DNA from: Eledone cirrhosa
Taxonomy: Eukaryota
NCBI GenBank assembly: GCA_964016885.1
Contig: OZ024740.1
Span: 296,174,001-296,238,000, forward strand
Length of the DNA stretch: 64,000 nucleotides
Reading direction: 5' to 3'
The notes under the pieces are model-generated. The model was given only the letters and a program-made list of their open reading frames with translations. It made no database searches and was not told where the DNA came from. The stretch's first letter is position 1, and each line of letters starts with the position of its first letter. Below are positions 41,101 through 56,920 of this stretch, one piece after another. The position numbers and the translations under genes are program-made.

Positions 41101-44100
41101 TTATTTGTGGGATCCATTTTTTATTTGGGGGATCCATTTTTTATTTGGGTGATCCATTTTTTATTTGGGTAATCCATTTTTTATTTGGGTGATCCATTTT
41201 TTATTTGGGTGATCCATTTTTTATTTGGGTGATCCATTTATGTTTTGGGTGATCCATTTTTTATTTGGGGGACCCATTTTTTATTTGGGTGATCCATTTT
41301 TTATTTGGGAGATACATCAAATAAAAAATGGATCCCCCAAATAAAAAATGGATCACCAAATAAAAAATGGATCACCCAAATAAAAAATGGATCCCCCAAA
41401 TAAAAAATGGATCCCCCAAATAAAAAATGGATCCCTCAAATAAAAAATGGATCACCCAAATAAAAACTGGATCCCCCAAATAAAAAAATGGATCCACCAA
41501 ATAAAAAATGGATCGCCCAAATAAAAAATGGATCCAAAAAATCAAAAATGGATCACCCAAATAAAAAATGGATCCCCCAAATAAAAAATAGATCACCCAA
41601 ATAATAAATGGATACCCCAAATAAAAAATGGATCCCTCAAATAAAAAATGGATCCCCCAAATAAAAAATGCATTACCCAAATAAAAAATGGATCACCCAA
41701 ATAAAAAATGGATCACCCAAATAAAAAATGGATCCCCCAAATAAAAAATGGATCGCCCAAATAAAAAATGGATCACACAAATAAAAAATGGATCCCCCAA
41801 ATAAAAAATGGATCACCCAAATAAAAAAAGGACCCCCCAAGTAAAAAATGGATCCCCCAAATAAAAAATGGATCACCCAAATAAAAAATGGATCACCCAA
41901 ATAAAAAATGGATCGCCCAAATAATAAATGGATCACCCAAATAAAAAATGGATCCCCCAAATAAAAAATAGATGACCCAAATAAAAAATGGATACCCCAA
42001 ATAAAAAATGGATCGCCCAAATAAAAAATGGATCCAAAAAATAAAAAATGGATCACCCAAATAAAAAATGGATCACCCAAATAAAAAATGGACCCCCAAA
42101 TAAAAAATGGATCACCCAAATAAAAAATGGATCCCCGAAATAAAAAATGGATCACGCAAATAAAAAATGGATCCCCCAAATAAAAAATGGATCCCCCAAA
42201 TAAAAAATGGATCCCCCAAATAAAAAATGGATCCCCCAAATAAAAAATGGATCACCCAAATAAAAAATGGATCACCCAAATAAAAAATGGATCGCCCAAA
42301 TAAAAAATGTATCCAAAAAATAAAAAATGGATCACCCAAATAAAAAATGGATCCCCCAAATAAAAAATGGATCACCCAAATAAAAAATGGATCACCCAAA
42401 TAAAAAATGGATCACCCAAATAAAAAATGGATCACCCAAATAAAAAATGGATCGCCCAAATAAAAAATGGATCCCCAAATAATAAATGGATCACCCAAAT
42501 AAAAAATAGATCCCCCAAATAAAAAATGGATCCCCCAAATAAAAAATGGATCACCCAAATAAAAAAAGGACCCCCCAAGTAAAAAATGGATCCCCCAAAT
42601 AAAAAATGGATCACCCAAATAAAAAATGGATCACCCAAATAAAAAATGGATCGCCCAAATAAAAAATGGATCACCCAAATAAAAAATGGATCCCCCAAAT
42701 AAAAAATAGATGACCCAAATAAAAAATGGATACCCCAAATAAAAAATGGATCGCCCAAATAAAAAATGGATCCAAAAAATAAAAAAATGGATCACCCAAA
42801 TAAAAAATGGATCACCCAAATAAAAAATGGACCCCCAAATAAAAAATGGATCACCCAAATAAAAAATGGATCCCCGAAATAAAAAATGGATCACGCAAAT
42901 AAAAAATGGATCCCCCAAATAAAAAATGGATCCCCCAAATAAAAAATGGATCCCCCAAATAAAAAATGGATCCCCCAAATAAAAAATGGATCACCCAAAT
43001 AAAAAATGGATCACCCAAATAAAAAATGGTTCGCCCAAATAAAAAATGTATCCAAAAAATAAAAAATGGATCACCCAAATAAAAAATGGATCCCCCAAAT
43101 AAAAAATGGATCACCCAAATAAAAAATGGATCACCCAAATAAAAAATGGATCACCCAAATAAAAAATGGATCACCCAAATAAAAAATGGATCGCCCAAAT
43201 AAAAAATGGATCCCCAAATAATAAATGGATCACCCAAATAAAAAATAGATCCCCCAAATAAAAAATGGATCCCCCAAATAAAAAATGGATCACCCAAATA
43301 AAAAAAATGGACCCCCAAATAAAAAATGGATCACCCAAATAACAAGTGGATCACCCAAATAAAAAATGGATCCCCCAAATAAAAAATGGATCACCCAAAT
43401 AAAAAATGGATCACCCAAATAAAAAATGGATCCCCCAAATAAAAAATGGATCACCCAAATAAAAAATGGATCACCCAAATAAAAAATGGATCGCCCAAAT
43501 AAAAAATGGATCCCTCAAATAAAGAATAGATCACTCAAATAAAAAATGGATCACCCAAATAAAAAAGGGATCCCCCAAATAAAAAATGGATCACCCAAAT
43601 AAAAAATGGATCCCCCAAATAAAAAATGGATCCCCCAAATAAAAAATGGATCACCCAAATAGATCACAAATAGATAATGGATCCCCCAAATAAAAAATGG
43701 ATCCGCCAAATAAAAAAGGGATCCATTTTTTATTTGGGGGATCCATTTTTTATTTGGGTGATCCATTTTTTATTTGGGTGATTCATTTTTTATTTGGGTG
43801 ATCCATTTTTTATTTGGGTGATCCATTTTTTATTTGGGGGATCCATTTTTTATTTGGGTGATCCATTTTTTATTTGGGGGATCCATTTTTTATTTGGGGG
43901 ATCCATTTTTTATTTGGGTGATCCATTTTTTATTTGCGGGATCCATTTTTTATTTGGGTGATCCATTTTTTATTTGAGTGATCCATTCTTTATTTGAGGG
44001 ATCCATTTTTTATTTGGGGGATCCATTTTTTATTTGATGGATCACCCAAATAAAAAATGGATCCCCCAAATAAAAAATGGATCACCAAATAAAAAATGAA

Positions 44101-47100
44101 TTACCCAAATAAAAAATGGATCACCCAAATAAAAAATGGATCACCCAAATAAAAAATGGATCACCCAAATAAAAAATGGATACCCCTAATAAAAAATGGA
44201 TCAACCAAATAAAAAATGGATAACCCAAATAAAAAATGGATCCCCCAAATAAAAAATGGATCATCCAAATAAAAAATGGATCACCCAAATAAAAAATGGA
44301 CCCCCCAAATAAAAAATGGATCACACAAATAAAAAATGGATCCCCCAAATAAAAAATGGATCACCCAAATAAAAAATGGATCACCCAAATAAAAAATGGA
44401 TCACCCAAATAAAAAATGGATCACCCAAATAAAAAATGGATCACCCAAATAAAAAATGGATCACCCAAATAAAAAATGGATCGCCCAAATAAAAAATGGA
44501 TCTAAAAAATAAAAAATGGATCACCCAAATAAAAAATGGATCACCCAAATAAAAAATGGACCCCCAAATAAAAAATGGATCACCCAAATAAAAAATGGAT
44601 CCCCGAAATAAAAAATGGATCACGCAAATAAAAAATGGATCCCCCAAATAAAAAATGGATCCCCCAAATAAAAAATAGATCCCCCAATTAAAAAATGGAT
44701 CCCCCAAATAAAAAATGGATCACCCAAATAAAAAATGGATCACCCAAATAAAAAATGGATCGGCCAAATAAAAAATGGATCCAAAAAATTAAAAATGGAT
44801 CACCCAAATAAAAAATGGATCCACCAAATAAAAAATGGATCCCCCAAATAAAAAATGGATCACCCAAATAAAAAATGGGCCCCAAATAAAAAATGGATCA
44901 CCCAAATAAAAAATGGATCACCCAAATAAAAAATGGATCCCCCAAATAAAAAATGGATCACCCAAATAAAAAATGGATCACCCAAATAAAAAATGGATCA
45001 CCCAAATAAAAAATGGATCGCCCAAATAAAAAATGGATCACCCAAATAAAAAATGGTTCACCCAAATAAAAAATGGATCACCCAAATAAAAAATGGATCC
45101 CTCAAATAAAAAATAGATCACTCAAATAAAAAATGGATCACCCAAATAAAAAATGGATCCCCCAAATAAAAAATGGATCACCCAAATGAAAAATGGATCA
45201 CCCAAATAAAAAATGGATCCCCCAAATAAAAAATGGATCACCCAAATAGATCACAAATAGATAATGGATCCACCAAATAAAAAATGGATCCGCCAAATAA
45301 AAAAGGGATCCATTTTTTATTTGGGGGATCCATTTTTTATTTGGGTGATCCATTTTTTATTTGGGTGATTCATTTTTTATTTGGGTGATCCATTTTTTAT
45401 TTGGGTGATCCATTTTTTATTTGGGGGATCCATTTTTTATTTGGGTGATCCATTTTTTATTTGGGGGATCCATTTTTTATTTGGGGGATCCATTTTTTAT
45501 TTGGGTGATCCATTTTTTATTTGCGGGATCCATTTTTTATTTGGGTGATCCATTTTTTATTTGAGTGATCCATTCTTTATTTGAGGGATCCATTTTTTAT
45601 TTGGGGGATCCATTTTTTATTTGATGGATCACCCAAATAAAAAATGGATCCCCCAAATAAAAAATGGATCACCAAATAAAATATGAATTACCCAAATAAA
45701 AAATGGATCACCCAAATAAAAAATGGATCACCCAAATAAAAAATGGATCACCCAAATAAAAAATGGATACCCCTAATAAAAAATGGATCAACCAAATAAA
45801 AAATGGATAACCCAAATAAAAAATGGATCCCCCAAATAAAAAATGGATCATCCAAATAAAAAATGGATCACCCAAATAAAAAATGGACCCCCCAAATAAA
45901 AAATGGATCACACAAATAAAAAATGGATCCCCCAAATAAAAAATGGATCACCCAAATAAAAAATGGATCACCCAAATAAAAAATGGATCACCCAAATAAA
46001 AAATGGATCACCCAAATAAAAAATGGATCACCCAAATAAAAAATGGATCACCCAAATAAAAAATGGATCGCCCAAATAAAAAATGGATCTAAAAAATAAA
46101 AAATGGATCACCCAAATAAAAAATGGATCACCCAAATAAAAAATGGACCCCCAAATAAAAAATGGATCACCCAAATAAAAAATGGATCCCCGAAATAAAA
46201 AATGGATCACGCAAATAAAAAATGGATCCCCCAAATAAAAAATGGATCCCCCAAATAAAAAATAGATCCCCCAATTAAAAAATGGATCACCCAAATAAAA
46301 AATGGATCACCCAAATAAAAAATGGATCCCCCAAATAAAAAATGGATCACCCAAATAAAAAATGGATCACCCAAATAAAAAATGGATCACCCAAATAAAA
46401 AATGGATCGCCCAAATAAAAAATGGATCACCCAAATAAAAAATGGTTCACCCAAATAAAAAATGGATCACCCAAATAAAAAATGGATCCCTCAAATAAAA
46501 AATAGATCACTCAAATAAAAAATGGATCACCCAAATAAAAAATGGATCCCCCAAATAAAAAATGGATCACCCAAATGAAAAATGGATCACCCAAATAAAA
46601 AATGGATCCCCCAAATAAAAAATGGATCACCCAAATAGATCACAAATAGATAATGGATCCACCAAATAAAAAATGGATCCGCCAAATAAAAAAGGGATCC
46701 ATTTTTTATTTGGGGGATCCATTTTTTAAATGGATGATCCATTTTTTATTGGAGGGATCCATTTTTTATTTGGGTGATCCATTTTTTATTTGGGGATCCA
46801 TTTTTTATTTGCGGGATACATTTTTTATTTGGGTGATCCATTTTTTATTTGGGGGATCCATTTTTTATTTGGGTGATCCAGTTTTTATTTTTCGGATCCA
46901 TTTTTTATTTGGTAATCCATTTTTTATTTGGGGGATCCATTTTTTATTTGGGTGATCCATTTTTTATTTGGGTGATCCATTTTTTATTTGGGGTTTCCAT
47001 TTTTTATTTGGGTGATCCATTTTTTATTTGGGAGATCCATCAAATAAAAAATGGATCACCCAAATAAAAAATGGATCGCCCAAATAAAAAATGGATCCAA

Positions 47101-47879
47101 AAAATAAAAAATGGATCACCCAAATAAAAAATGGATCCCCCAAATAAAAAATGGATCCCCCAAATAAATAATGGATCCCTTTTTTATTTGGCGGATCCAT
47201 TTTTTATTTGGGGGATCCATTATCTATTTGGTTGATCCATTTTTTATTTGGGGGATCCATTTTTTATTTGGGTGATCCATTTTTTATTTGGGTGATCCAT
47301 ATTTTATTTGGGTGATCCATTTTTTATTTGGTGATACATTTTTTGTTTGGGGGATCCATTTTTTATTTGGGGGATCCATTTTTTATTCGGGTGATCCCTT
47401 TTTTATTTGGATGATCCATTTTTTATTTGGGGGATCCATTTTTTATTTGGGTGATCCATTTTTTATTTGGGGGATCCATTTTATATTTGGGGGATACATT
47501 TTTTATTTGGGTGAGCCATTTTTTATTTGGGGGATCCATTTTTTATTTGGGTGATCCATTTTTTATTTGGGTAATCCATTTTTTATTTGGGTGATCCATT
47601 TTTTATTTGGGTGATCCATTTTTTATTTGGGTGATCCATTTTTTACTTGGTGATCCATTTTTTATTTGGGGGATCCATTTTTGATTTGGGTGATCCATTT
47701 TTTATTTGGGGGACCCATTTTTTATTTGGGAGATACATCAAATAAAAAATGGATCACCAAATAAAAAATGGATCACCCAAATAAAAAATGGATCCCCCAA
47801 ATAAAAAATGGATCCCCCAAATAAAAAATGGATCCCCCAAATAAAAAATGGATCACCAAAATAAAAACTGGATCCCCCA

Positions 47880-50800
47880 AATAAAAAAATGGATCCACCA
47901 AATAAAAAATGGATCGCCCAAATAAAAAATGGATCCAAAAAATTAAAAATGGATCACCCAAATAAAAAATGGATCACCCAAATAAATAATGGATCCCCCA
48001 AATAAAAAATAGATCACCCAAATAAAAAATGGATACCCCAAATAAAAAATGGATCCCCCAAATAAAAAATGGATTACCCAAATAAAAAATGGATCACCCA
48101 AATAAAAAATGGATCACCCAAATAAAAAATGGATCCCCCAAATAAAAAATGGATCACCCAAATAAAAAATGGATCACACAAATAAAAAATGGATCCCCCA
48201 AATAAAAAATGGATCACCCAAATAAAAAAAGGATCCATTTTTTATTTGGTGGATCCATTTTTTATTTGGGTGATCCATTTTTTATTTGGGTGATCCATTT
48301 TTTATTTGGGGGATCCATTTTTTATTTGGGTGATCCATTTTTTATTTGTGGGATCCATTTTTTATTTGGGTGATCCATTTTTTATTTTGGGGATCCATTT
48401 TTTATTTGGTGGTTCCATTTTTTATTTGGGGGATCCATCAAATAAAAAATGGATCAGCCAAATAAAAAATGGATCACCCAAATAAAAAATGGATCCCCCA
48501 AATAAAAAATGGATCACCCAAATAAAAAATGGACCACAAATAAAAAATGGATCCCCCAAATAAAAAATGGATCACCCAAATAAAAAATGGATCCCCCAAA
48601 TAAAAAATGGATCACCCAAATAAAAAATGGATCACCCAAATAAAAAATGGATCCCCCAAATAAGAATGGATCACTCAAATAAAAAAGGATCTATTTTTTA
48701 TTTGGGGGATCCATTTTTTATTTGGGTGATTCATTTTTTATTTGGGCGATCCATTTTTTATTTGGGTGATCCATTTTTTATTTGGGTGATCCATTTTTTA
48801 TTTGGGGGATCCTTTTTTTATTTGGGTGATCCATTTTTTATTTGGGTGATCCATTTTTTATTTGAGTGATCCATTTTTTATTTGGGGGATCCATTTTTTA
48901 TTTGGGTGATCCATTTTTTATTTGGGGTATCCATTTTTTATTTGGTGGACCCATTTTTTATTTGGGTGATCCATTTTTTATTTGGGTGATCCATTTTTTA
49001 TTTGAGTGATCCATTCTTTATTTGAGGGATCTATTTTTTATTTGGGGGATCCATTTTTTATTTGATGGATCACCCAAATAAAAAATGGATCCCCCAAATA
49101 AAAAGTGGATCACCCAAATAAAAAATGGATCCCCCAAATAAAAAATGGATCATCAAATAAAAAATGAATCACCCAAATAAAAAATGGATCACCCAAATAA
49201 AAAATCGATCACCCAAATAAAAAATGGATCACCCAAATAAAAAATGGATACCCCTAATAAAAAATGGATCAACCAAATAAAAAAGGGATCACCCAAATAA
49301 AAAATGGATCCCCCAAATAAAAATTGGATCACCCAAATAAAAAATGGATCACCCAAATAAAAAATGGATCACCCAAATAAAAAATGGATCCCCCAAATAA
49401 AAAATGGATCACCCAAATAAAAAATGGATCACCCAAATAAAAAATGGATCACCCAAATAAAAAGTGGATCACCCAAATAAAAAATGGATCGCCCAAATAA
49501 AAAATGGATCCCCAAATAATAAATGGATCACCCAAATAAAAAATGGATCCCCCAAATAAAAAATGGATCCCCCAAATAAAAAATGGATCACCCAAATAAC
49601 AAATGGATCACCCAAATAAAAAATGGATCCCCCAAATAAAAAATGGATCACCCAAATAAAAAATGGATCACCCAAATAAAAAATGGATCACCCAAATAAA
49701 AAATGGATCGCCCAAATAAAAAATGGATCCCTCAAATAAAAAATAGATCACTCAAATAAAAAATGGATCACCCAAATAAAAAATGGATCCCCCAAATAAA
49801 AAATGGATCACCCAAATAAAAAATGTATCACCCCAATAAAAAATGGATCCCCCAAATAAAAAATGGATCACCCAAATAGATCACAAGTAGATAATGGTTC
49901 CCCCAAATAAAAAATGGATCCGCCAAATAAAAAAGGGATCCATTTTTTATTTGGGGGATCCATTTTTTATTTGGGTGATCCATTTTTTATTTGGGTGATC
50001 CATTTTTTATTTGGGGGATCCATTTTTTATTTGGGTGATCCATTTTTTATTTGGGGGATCCATTTTTTATTTGGGGGATCCATTTTTTATTTGGGTGATC
50101 CATTTTTTATTTGGGTGATCCATTTTTTATTTGGGTGATCCATTTTTTATTTGGGTGATCCATTTTTTATTTGTGGGATCCTTTTTTTATTTGGGTGATC
50201 CATTTTTTATTTGGGTGATCCATTTTTTATTTGAGTGATCCATTTTTTATTTGGGGGATCCATTTTTTATTTGGGTGATCCATTTTTTATTTGGGGTATC
50301 CATTTTTTATTTGGTGGATCCATTTTTTATTTGGGTGATCCATTTTTTATTTGGGTGATCCATTTTTTATTTGAGTGATCCATTCTTTATTTGAGGGATC
50401 CATTTTTTATTTGGGGGATCCATTTTTTATTTGATGGATCACCCAAATAAAAAATGGATCCCCCAAATAAAAAGTGGATCACCCAAATAAAAAATGGATC
50501 CCCCAAATAAAAAATGGATCATCAAATAAAAAATGAATCACCCAAATAAAAAATGGATCACCCAAATAAAAAATGGATCACCCAAATAAAAAATGGATCA
50601 CCCAAATAAAAAATGGATACCCCTAATAAAAAATGGATCAACCAAATAAAAAATGGATCACCCAAATAAAAAATGGATCCCCCAAATAAAAATTGGATCA
50701 CCCAAATAAAAAATGGATCACCCAAATAAAAAATGGATCACCCACATAAAAAATGGATCCCCCAAATAAAAAATGGATCACCCAAATAAAAAATGGATCA

Positions 50801-53800
50801 CCCAAATAAAAAATGGATCACCCAAATAAAAAGTGGATCACCCAAATAAAAAATGGATCGCCCAAATAAAAAATGGATCCCCAAATAATAAATGGATCAC
50901 CCAAATAAAAAATGGATCCCCCAAATAAAAAATGGATCCCCCAAATAAAAAATGGATCACCCAAATAACAAATGGATCACCCAAATAAAAAATGGATCCC
51001 CCAAATAAAAAATGGATCACCCAAATAAAAAATGGATCACCCAAATAAAAAATGGATCACCCAAATAAAAAATGGATCACCCAAATAAAAAATGGATCGC
51101 CTAAATAAAAAATGGATCCCTCAAATAAAGAATAGATCACTCAAATAAAAAATGGATCACCCAAATAAAAAATGGATCCCCCAAATAAAAAATGGATCAC
51201 CCAAATAAAAAATGGATCACCCCAATAAAAAATGGATCCCCCAAATAAAAAATGGATCACCCAAATAGATCACAAATAGATAATGGTTCCCCCAAATAAA
51301 AAATGGATCCGCCAAATAAAAAAGGGATCCATTTTTTATTTGGGGGATCCATTCTTTATTTGGGTGATCCATTTTTTATTTGGGTGATCCATTTTTTATT
51401 TGGGGGATCCATTTTTTATTTGGGTGATCCATTTTTTATTTGGGGGATCCATTTTTTATTTGGGGGATCCATTTTTTATTTGGGTGATCCATTTTTTATT
51501 TGGGGGATCCATTTTTTATTTGGGTGATCCATTTTTTATTTGGGTGATCCATTTTTTATTTGGGTGATCCAATTTTTATTTGGGTGATCCATTTTTTATT
51601 TGGGTGATCCATTTTTTATTTGTGGGATCCTTTTTTTATTTGGGTGATCCATTTTTTATTTGGGTGATCCATTTTTTATTTGAGTGATCCATTTTTTATT
51701 TGGGGGATCCATTTTTTATTTGGGTGATCCATTTTTATTTGGGGTATCCATTTTTTATTTGGTGGATCCATTTTTTATTTGGGTGATCCATTTTTTATTT
51801 GGGTGATCCATTTTTTATTTGAGTGATCCATTCTTTATTTGAGGGATCCATTTTTTATTTGGGGGATCCATTTTTTATTTGATGGATCACCCAAATAAAA
51901 AATGGATCCCCCAAATAAAAAGTGGATCACCCAAATAAAAAATGGATCCCCCAAATAAAAAATGGATCATCAAATAAAAAATGAATCACCCAAATAAAAA
52001 ATGGATCACCCAAATAAAAAATGGATCACCCAAATAAAAAATGGATACCCCTAATAAAAAATGGATCAACCAAATAAAAAATGGATCACCCAAATAAAAA
52101 ATGGATCCCCCAAATAAAAATTGGATCACCCAAATAAAAAATGGATCACCCAAATAAAAAATGGATCACCCAAATAAAAAATGGATCCCCCAAATAAAAA
52201 ATGGATCACCCAAATAAAAAATGGATCACCCAAATAAAAAATGGATCACCCAAATAAAAAGTGGATCACCCAAATAAAAAATGGATCGCCCCAATAAAAA
52301 ATGGATCCCCAAATAATAAATGGATCACCCAAATAAAAAATGGATCCCCCAAATAAAAAATGGATCCCCCAAATAAAAAATGGATCACCCAAATAACAAA
52401 TGGATCACCCAAATAAAAAATGGATCCCCCAAATAAAAAATGGATCACCCAAATAAAAAAATGGATCCACCAAATAAAAAATGGATCGCCCAAATAAAAA
52501 ATGGATCCAAAAAATTAAAAATGGATCACCCAAATAAAAAATGGATCACCCAAATAAATAATGGATCCCCCAAATAAAAAATAGATCACCCAAATAAAAA
52601 ATGGATACCCCAAATAAAAAATGGATCCCCCAAATAAAAAATGGATTACCCAAATAAAAAATGGATCACCCAAATAAAAAATGGATCACCCAAATAAAAA
52701 ATGGATCCCCCAAATAAAAAATGGATCACCCAAATAAAAAATGGATCACACAAATAAAAAATGGATCCCCCAAATAAAAAATGGATCACCCAAATAAAAA
52801 AAGGATCCATTTTTTATTTGGGGGATCCATTTTTTATTTGGGTGATCCATTTTTTATTTGGGTGATCCATTTTTTATTTGGGGGATCCATTTTTTATTTG
52901 GGTGATCCATTTTTTATTTGTGGGATCCATTTTTTATTTGGGTGATCCATTTTTTATTTTGGGGATCCATTTTTTATTTGGTGGTTCCATTTTTTATTTG
53001 GGGGATCCATCAAATAAAAAATGGATCAGCCAAATAAAAAATGGATCACCCAAATCAAAAATGGATCCCCCAAATAAAAAATGGATCACCCAAATAAAAA
53101 ATGGACCACAAATAAAAAATGGATCCCCCAAATAAAAAATGGATCACCCAAATAAAAAATGGATCCCCCAAATAAAAAATGGATCACCCAAATAAAAAAT
53201 GGATCACCCAAATAAAAAATGGATCCCCCAAATAAGAATGGATCACTCAAATAAAAAAGGATCTATTTTTTATTTGGGGGATCCATTTTTTATTTGGGTG
53301 ATTCATTTTTTATTTGGGCGATCCATTTTTTATTTGGGTGATCCATTTTTTATTTGGGTGATCCATTTTTTATTTGGGGGATCCTTTTTTTATTTGGGTG
53401 ATCCATTTTTTATTTGGGTGATCCATTTTTTATTTGAGTGATCCATTTTTTATTTGGGGGATCCATTTTTTATTTGGGTGATCCATTTTTTATTTGGGGT
53501 ATCCATTTTTTATTTGGTGGACCCATTTTTTATTTGGGTGATCCATTTTTTATTTGGGTGATCCATTTTTTATTTGAGTGATCCATTCTTTATTTGAGGG
53601 ATCTATTTTTTATTTGGGGGATCCATTTTTTATTTGATGGATCACCCAAATAAAAAATGGATCCCCCAAATAAAAAGTGGATCACCCAAATAAAAAATGG
53701 ATCCCCCAAATAAAAAATGGATCATCAAATAAAAAATGAATCACCCAAATAAAAAATGGATCACCCAAATAAAAAATCGATCACCCAAATAAAAAATGGA

Positions 53801-56800
53801 TCACCCAAATAAAAAATGGATACCCCTAATAAAAAATGGATCAACCAAATAAAAAATGGATCACCCAAATAAAAAATGGATCCCCCAAATAAAAATTGGA
53901 TCACCCAAATAAAAAATGGATCACCCAAATAAAAAATGGATCACCCAAATAAAAAATGGATCCCCCAAATAAAAAATGGATCACCCAAATAAAAAATGGA
54001 TCACCCAAATAAAAAATGGATCACCCAAATAAAAAGTGGATCACCCAAATAAAAAATGGATCGCCCAAATAAAAAATGGATCCCCAAATAATAAATGGAT
54101 CACCCAAATAAAAAATGGATCCCCCAAATAAAAAATGGATCCCCCAAATAAAAAATGGATCACCCAAATAACAAATGGATCACCCAAATAAAAAATGGAT
54201 CCCCCAAATAAAAAATGGATCACCCAAATAAAAAATGGATCACCCAAATAAAAAATTGATCACCCAAATAAAAAATGGATCGCCCAAATAAAAAATGGAT
54301 CCCTCAAATAAAGAATAGATCACTCAAATAAAAAATGGATCACCCAAATAAAAAATGGATCCCCCAAATAAAAAATGGATCACCCAAATAAAAAATGGAT
54401 CACCCCAATAAAAAATGGATCCCCCAAATAAAAAATGGATCACCCAAATAGATCACAAATAGATAATGGTTCCCCCAAATAAAAAATGGATCCGCCAAAT
54501 AAAAAAGGGATCCATTTTTTATTTGGGGGATCCATTTTTTATTTGGGTGATCCATTTTTTATTTGGGTGATCCATTTTTTATTTGGGGGATCCATTTTTT
54601 ATTTGGGTGATCCATTTTTTATTTGGGGGATCCATTTTTTATTTGGGGGATCCATTTTTTATTTGGGTGATCCATTTTTTATTTGGGTGATCCATTTTTT
54701 ATTTGGGTGATCCATTTTTTATTTGGGTGATCCATTTTTTATTTGTGGGATCCTTTTTTTATTTGGGTGATCCATTTTTTATTTGGGTGATCCATTTTTT
54801 ATTTGAGTGATCCATTTTTTATTTGGGGGATCCATTTTTTATTTGGGTGATCCATTTTTTATTTGGGGTATCCATTTTTTATTTGGTGGATCCATTTTTT
54901 ATTTGGGTGATCCATTTTTTATTTGGGTGATCCATTTTTTATTTGAGTGATCCATTCTTTATTTGAGGGATCCATTTTTTATTTGGGGGATCCATTTTTT
55001 ATTTGATGGATCACCCAAATAAAAAATGGATCCCCCAAATAAAAAGTGGATCACCCAAATAAAAAATGGATCCCCCAAATAAAAAATGGATCATCAAATA
55101 AAAAATGAATCACCCAAATAAAAAATGGATCACCCAAATAAAAAATGGATCACCCAAATAAAAAATGGATCACCCAAATAAAAAATGGATACCCTAATAA
55201 AAAATGGATCAACCAAATAAAAAATGGATCACCCAAATAAAAAATGGATCCCCCAAATAAAAATTGGATCACCCAAATAAAAAATGGATCACCCAAATAA
55301 AAAATGGATCACCCAAATAAAAAATGGATCCCCCAAATAAAAAATGGATCACCCAAATAAAAAATGGATCACCCAAATAAAAAATGGATCACCCAAATAA
55401 AAAGTGGATCACCCAAATAAAAAATGGATCGCCCAAATAAAAAATGGATCCCCAAATAATAAATGGATCACCCAAATAAAAAATGGATCCCCCAAATAAA
55501 AAATGGATCCCCCAAATAAAAAATGGATCACCCAAATAACAAATGGATCACCCAAATAAAAAATGGATCCCCCAAATAAAAAATGGATCACCCAAATAAA
55601 AAATGGATCACCCAAATAAAAAATGGATCACCCAAATAAAAAATGGATCACCCAAATAAAAAATGGATCGCCTAAATAAAAAATGGATCCCTCAAATAAA
55701 GAATAGATCACTCAAATAAAAAATGGATCACCCAAATAAAAAATGGATCCCCCAAATAAAAAATGGATCACCCAAATAAAAAATGGATCACCCCAATAAA
55801 AAATGGATCCCCCAAATAAAAAATGGATCACCCAAATAGATCACAAATAGATAATGGTTCCCCCAAATAAAAAATGGATCCACCAAATAAAAAAGGGATC
55901 CATTTTTTATTTGGGGGATCCATTTTTTATTTGGGTGATCCATTTTTTATTTGGGTGATCCATTTTTTATTTGGGGGATCCATTTTTTATTTGGGTGATC
56001 CATTTTTTATTTGGGGGATCCATTTTTTATTTGGGGGATCCATTTTTTATTTGGGTGATCCATTTTTTATTTGGGTGATCCATTTTTTATTTGGGTGATC
56101 CATTTTTTATTTGGGTGATCCATTTTTTATTTGTGGGATCCTTTTTTTATTTGGGTGATCCATTTTTTATTTGGGTGATCCATTTTTTATTTGAGTGATC
56201 CATTTTTTATTTGGGGGATCCATTTTTTATTTGGGTGATCCATTTTTATTTGGGGTATCCATTTTTTATTTGGTGGATCCATTTTTTATTTGGGTGATCC
56301 ATTTTTTATTTGGGTGATCCATTTTTTATTTGAGTGATCCATTCTTTATTTGAGGGATCCATTTTTTATTTGGGGGATCCATTTTTTATTTGATGGATCA
56401 CCCAAATAAAAAATGGATCCCCCAAATAAAAAGTGGATCACCCAAATAAAAAATGGATCCCCCAAATAAAAAATGGATCATCAAATAAAAAATGAATCAC
56501 CCAAATAAAAAATGGATCACCCAAATAAAAAATGGATCACCCAAATAAAAAATGGATACCCCTAATAAAAAATGGATCAACCAAATAAAAAATGGATCAC
56601 CCAAATAAAAAATGGATCCCCCAAATAAAAATTGGATCACCCAAATAAAAAATGGATCACCCAAATAAAAAATGGATCACCCAAATAAAAAATGGATCCC
56701 CCAAATAAAAAATGGATCACCCAAATAAAAAATGGATCACCCAAATAAAAAATGGATCACCCAAATAAAAAGTGGATCACCCAAATAAAAAATGGATCGC

Positions 56801-56920
56801 CCCAATAAAAAATGGATCCCCAAATAATAAATGGATCACCCAAATAAAAAATGGATCCCCCAAATAAAAAATGGATCCCCCAAATAAAAAATGGATCACC
56901 CAAATAACAAATGGATCACC
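47880..56920. repeat. ~4.57-kb tandem segmental duplication within Sat-A
   Basis: Identical repeat-derived ORFs at offset 4572 (48627/53199, 49469/54041, 49914/54486); ggatccacc marker at 47891 and 52463. Confidence 0.85.
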
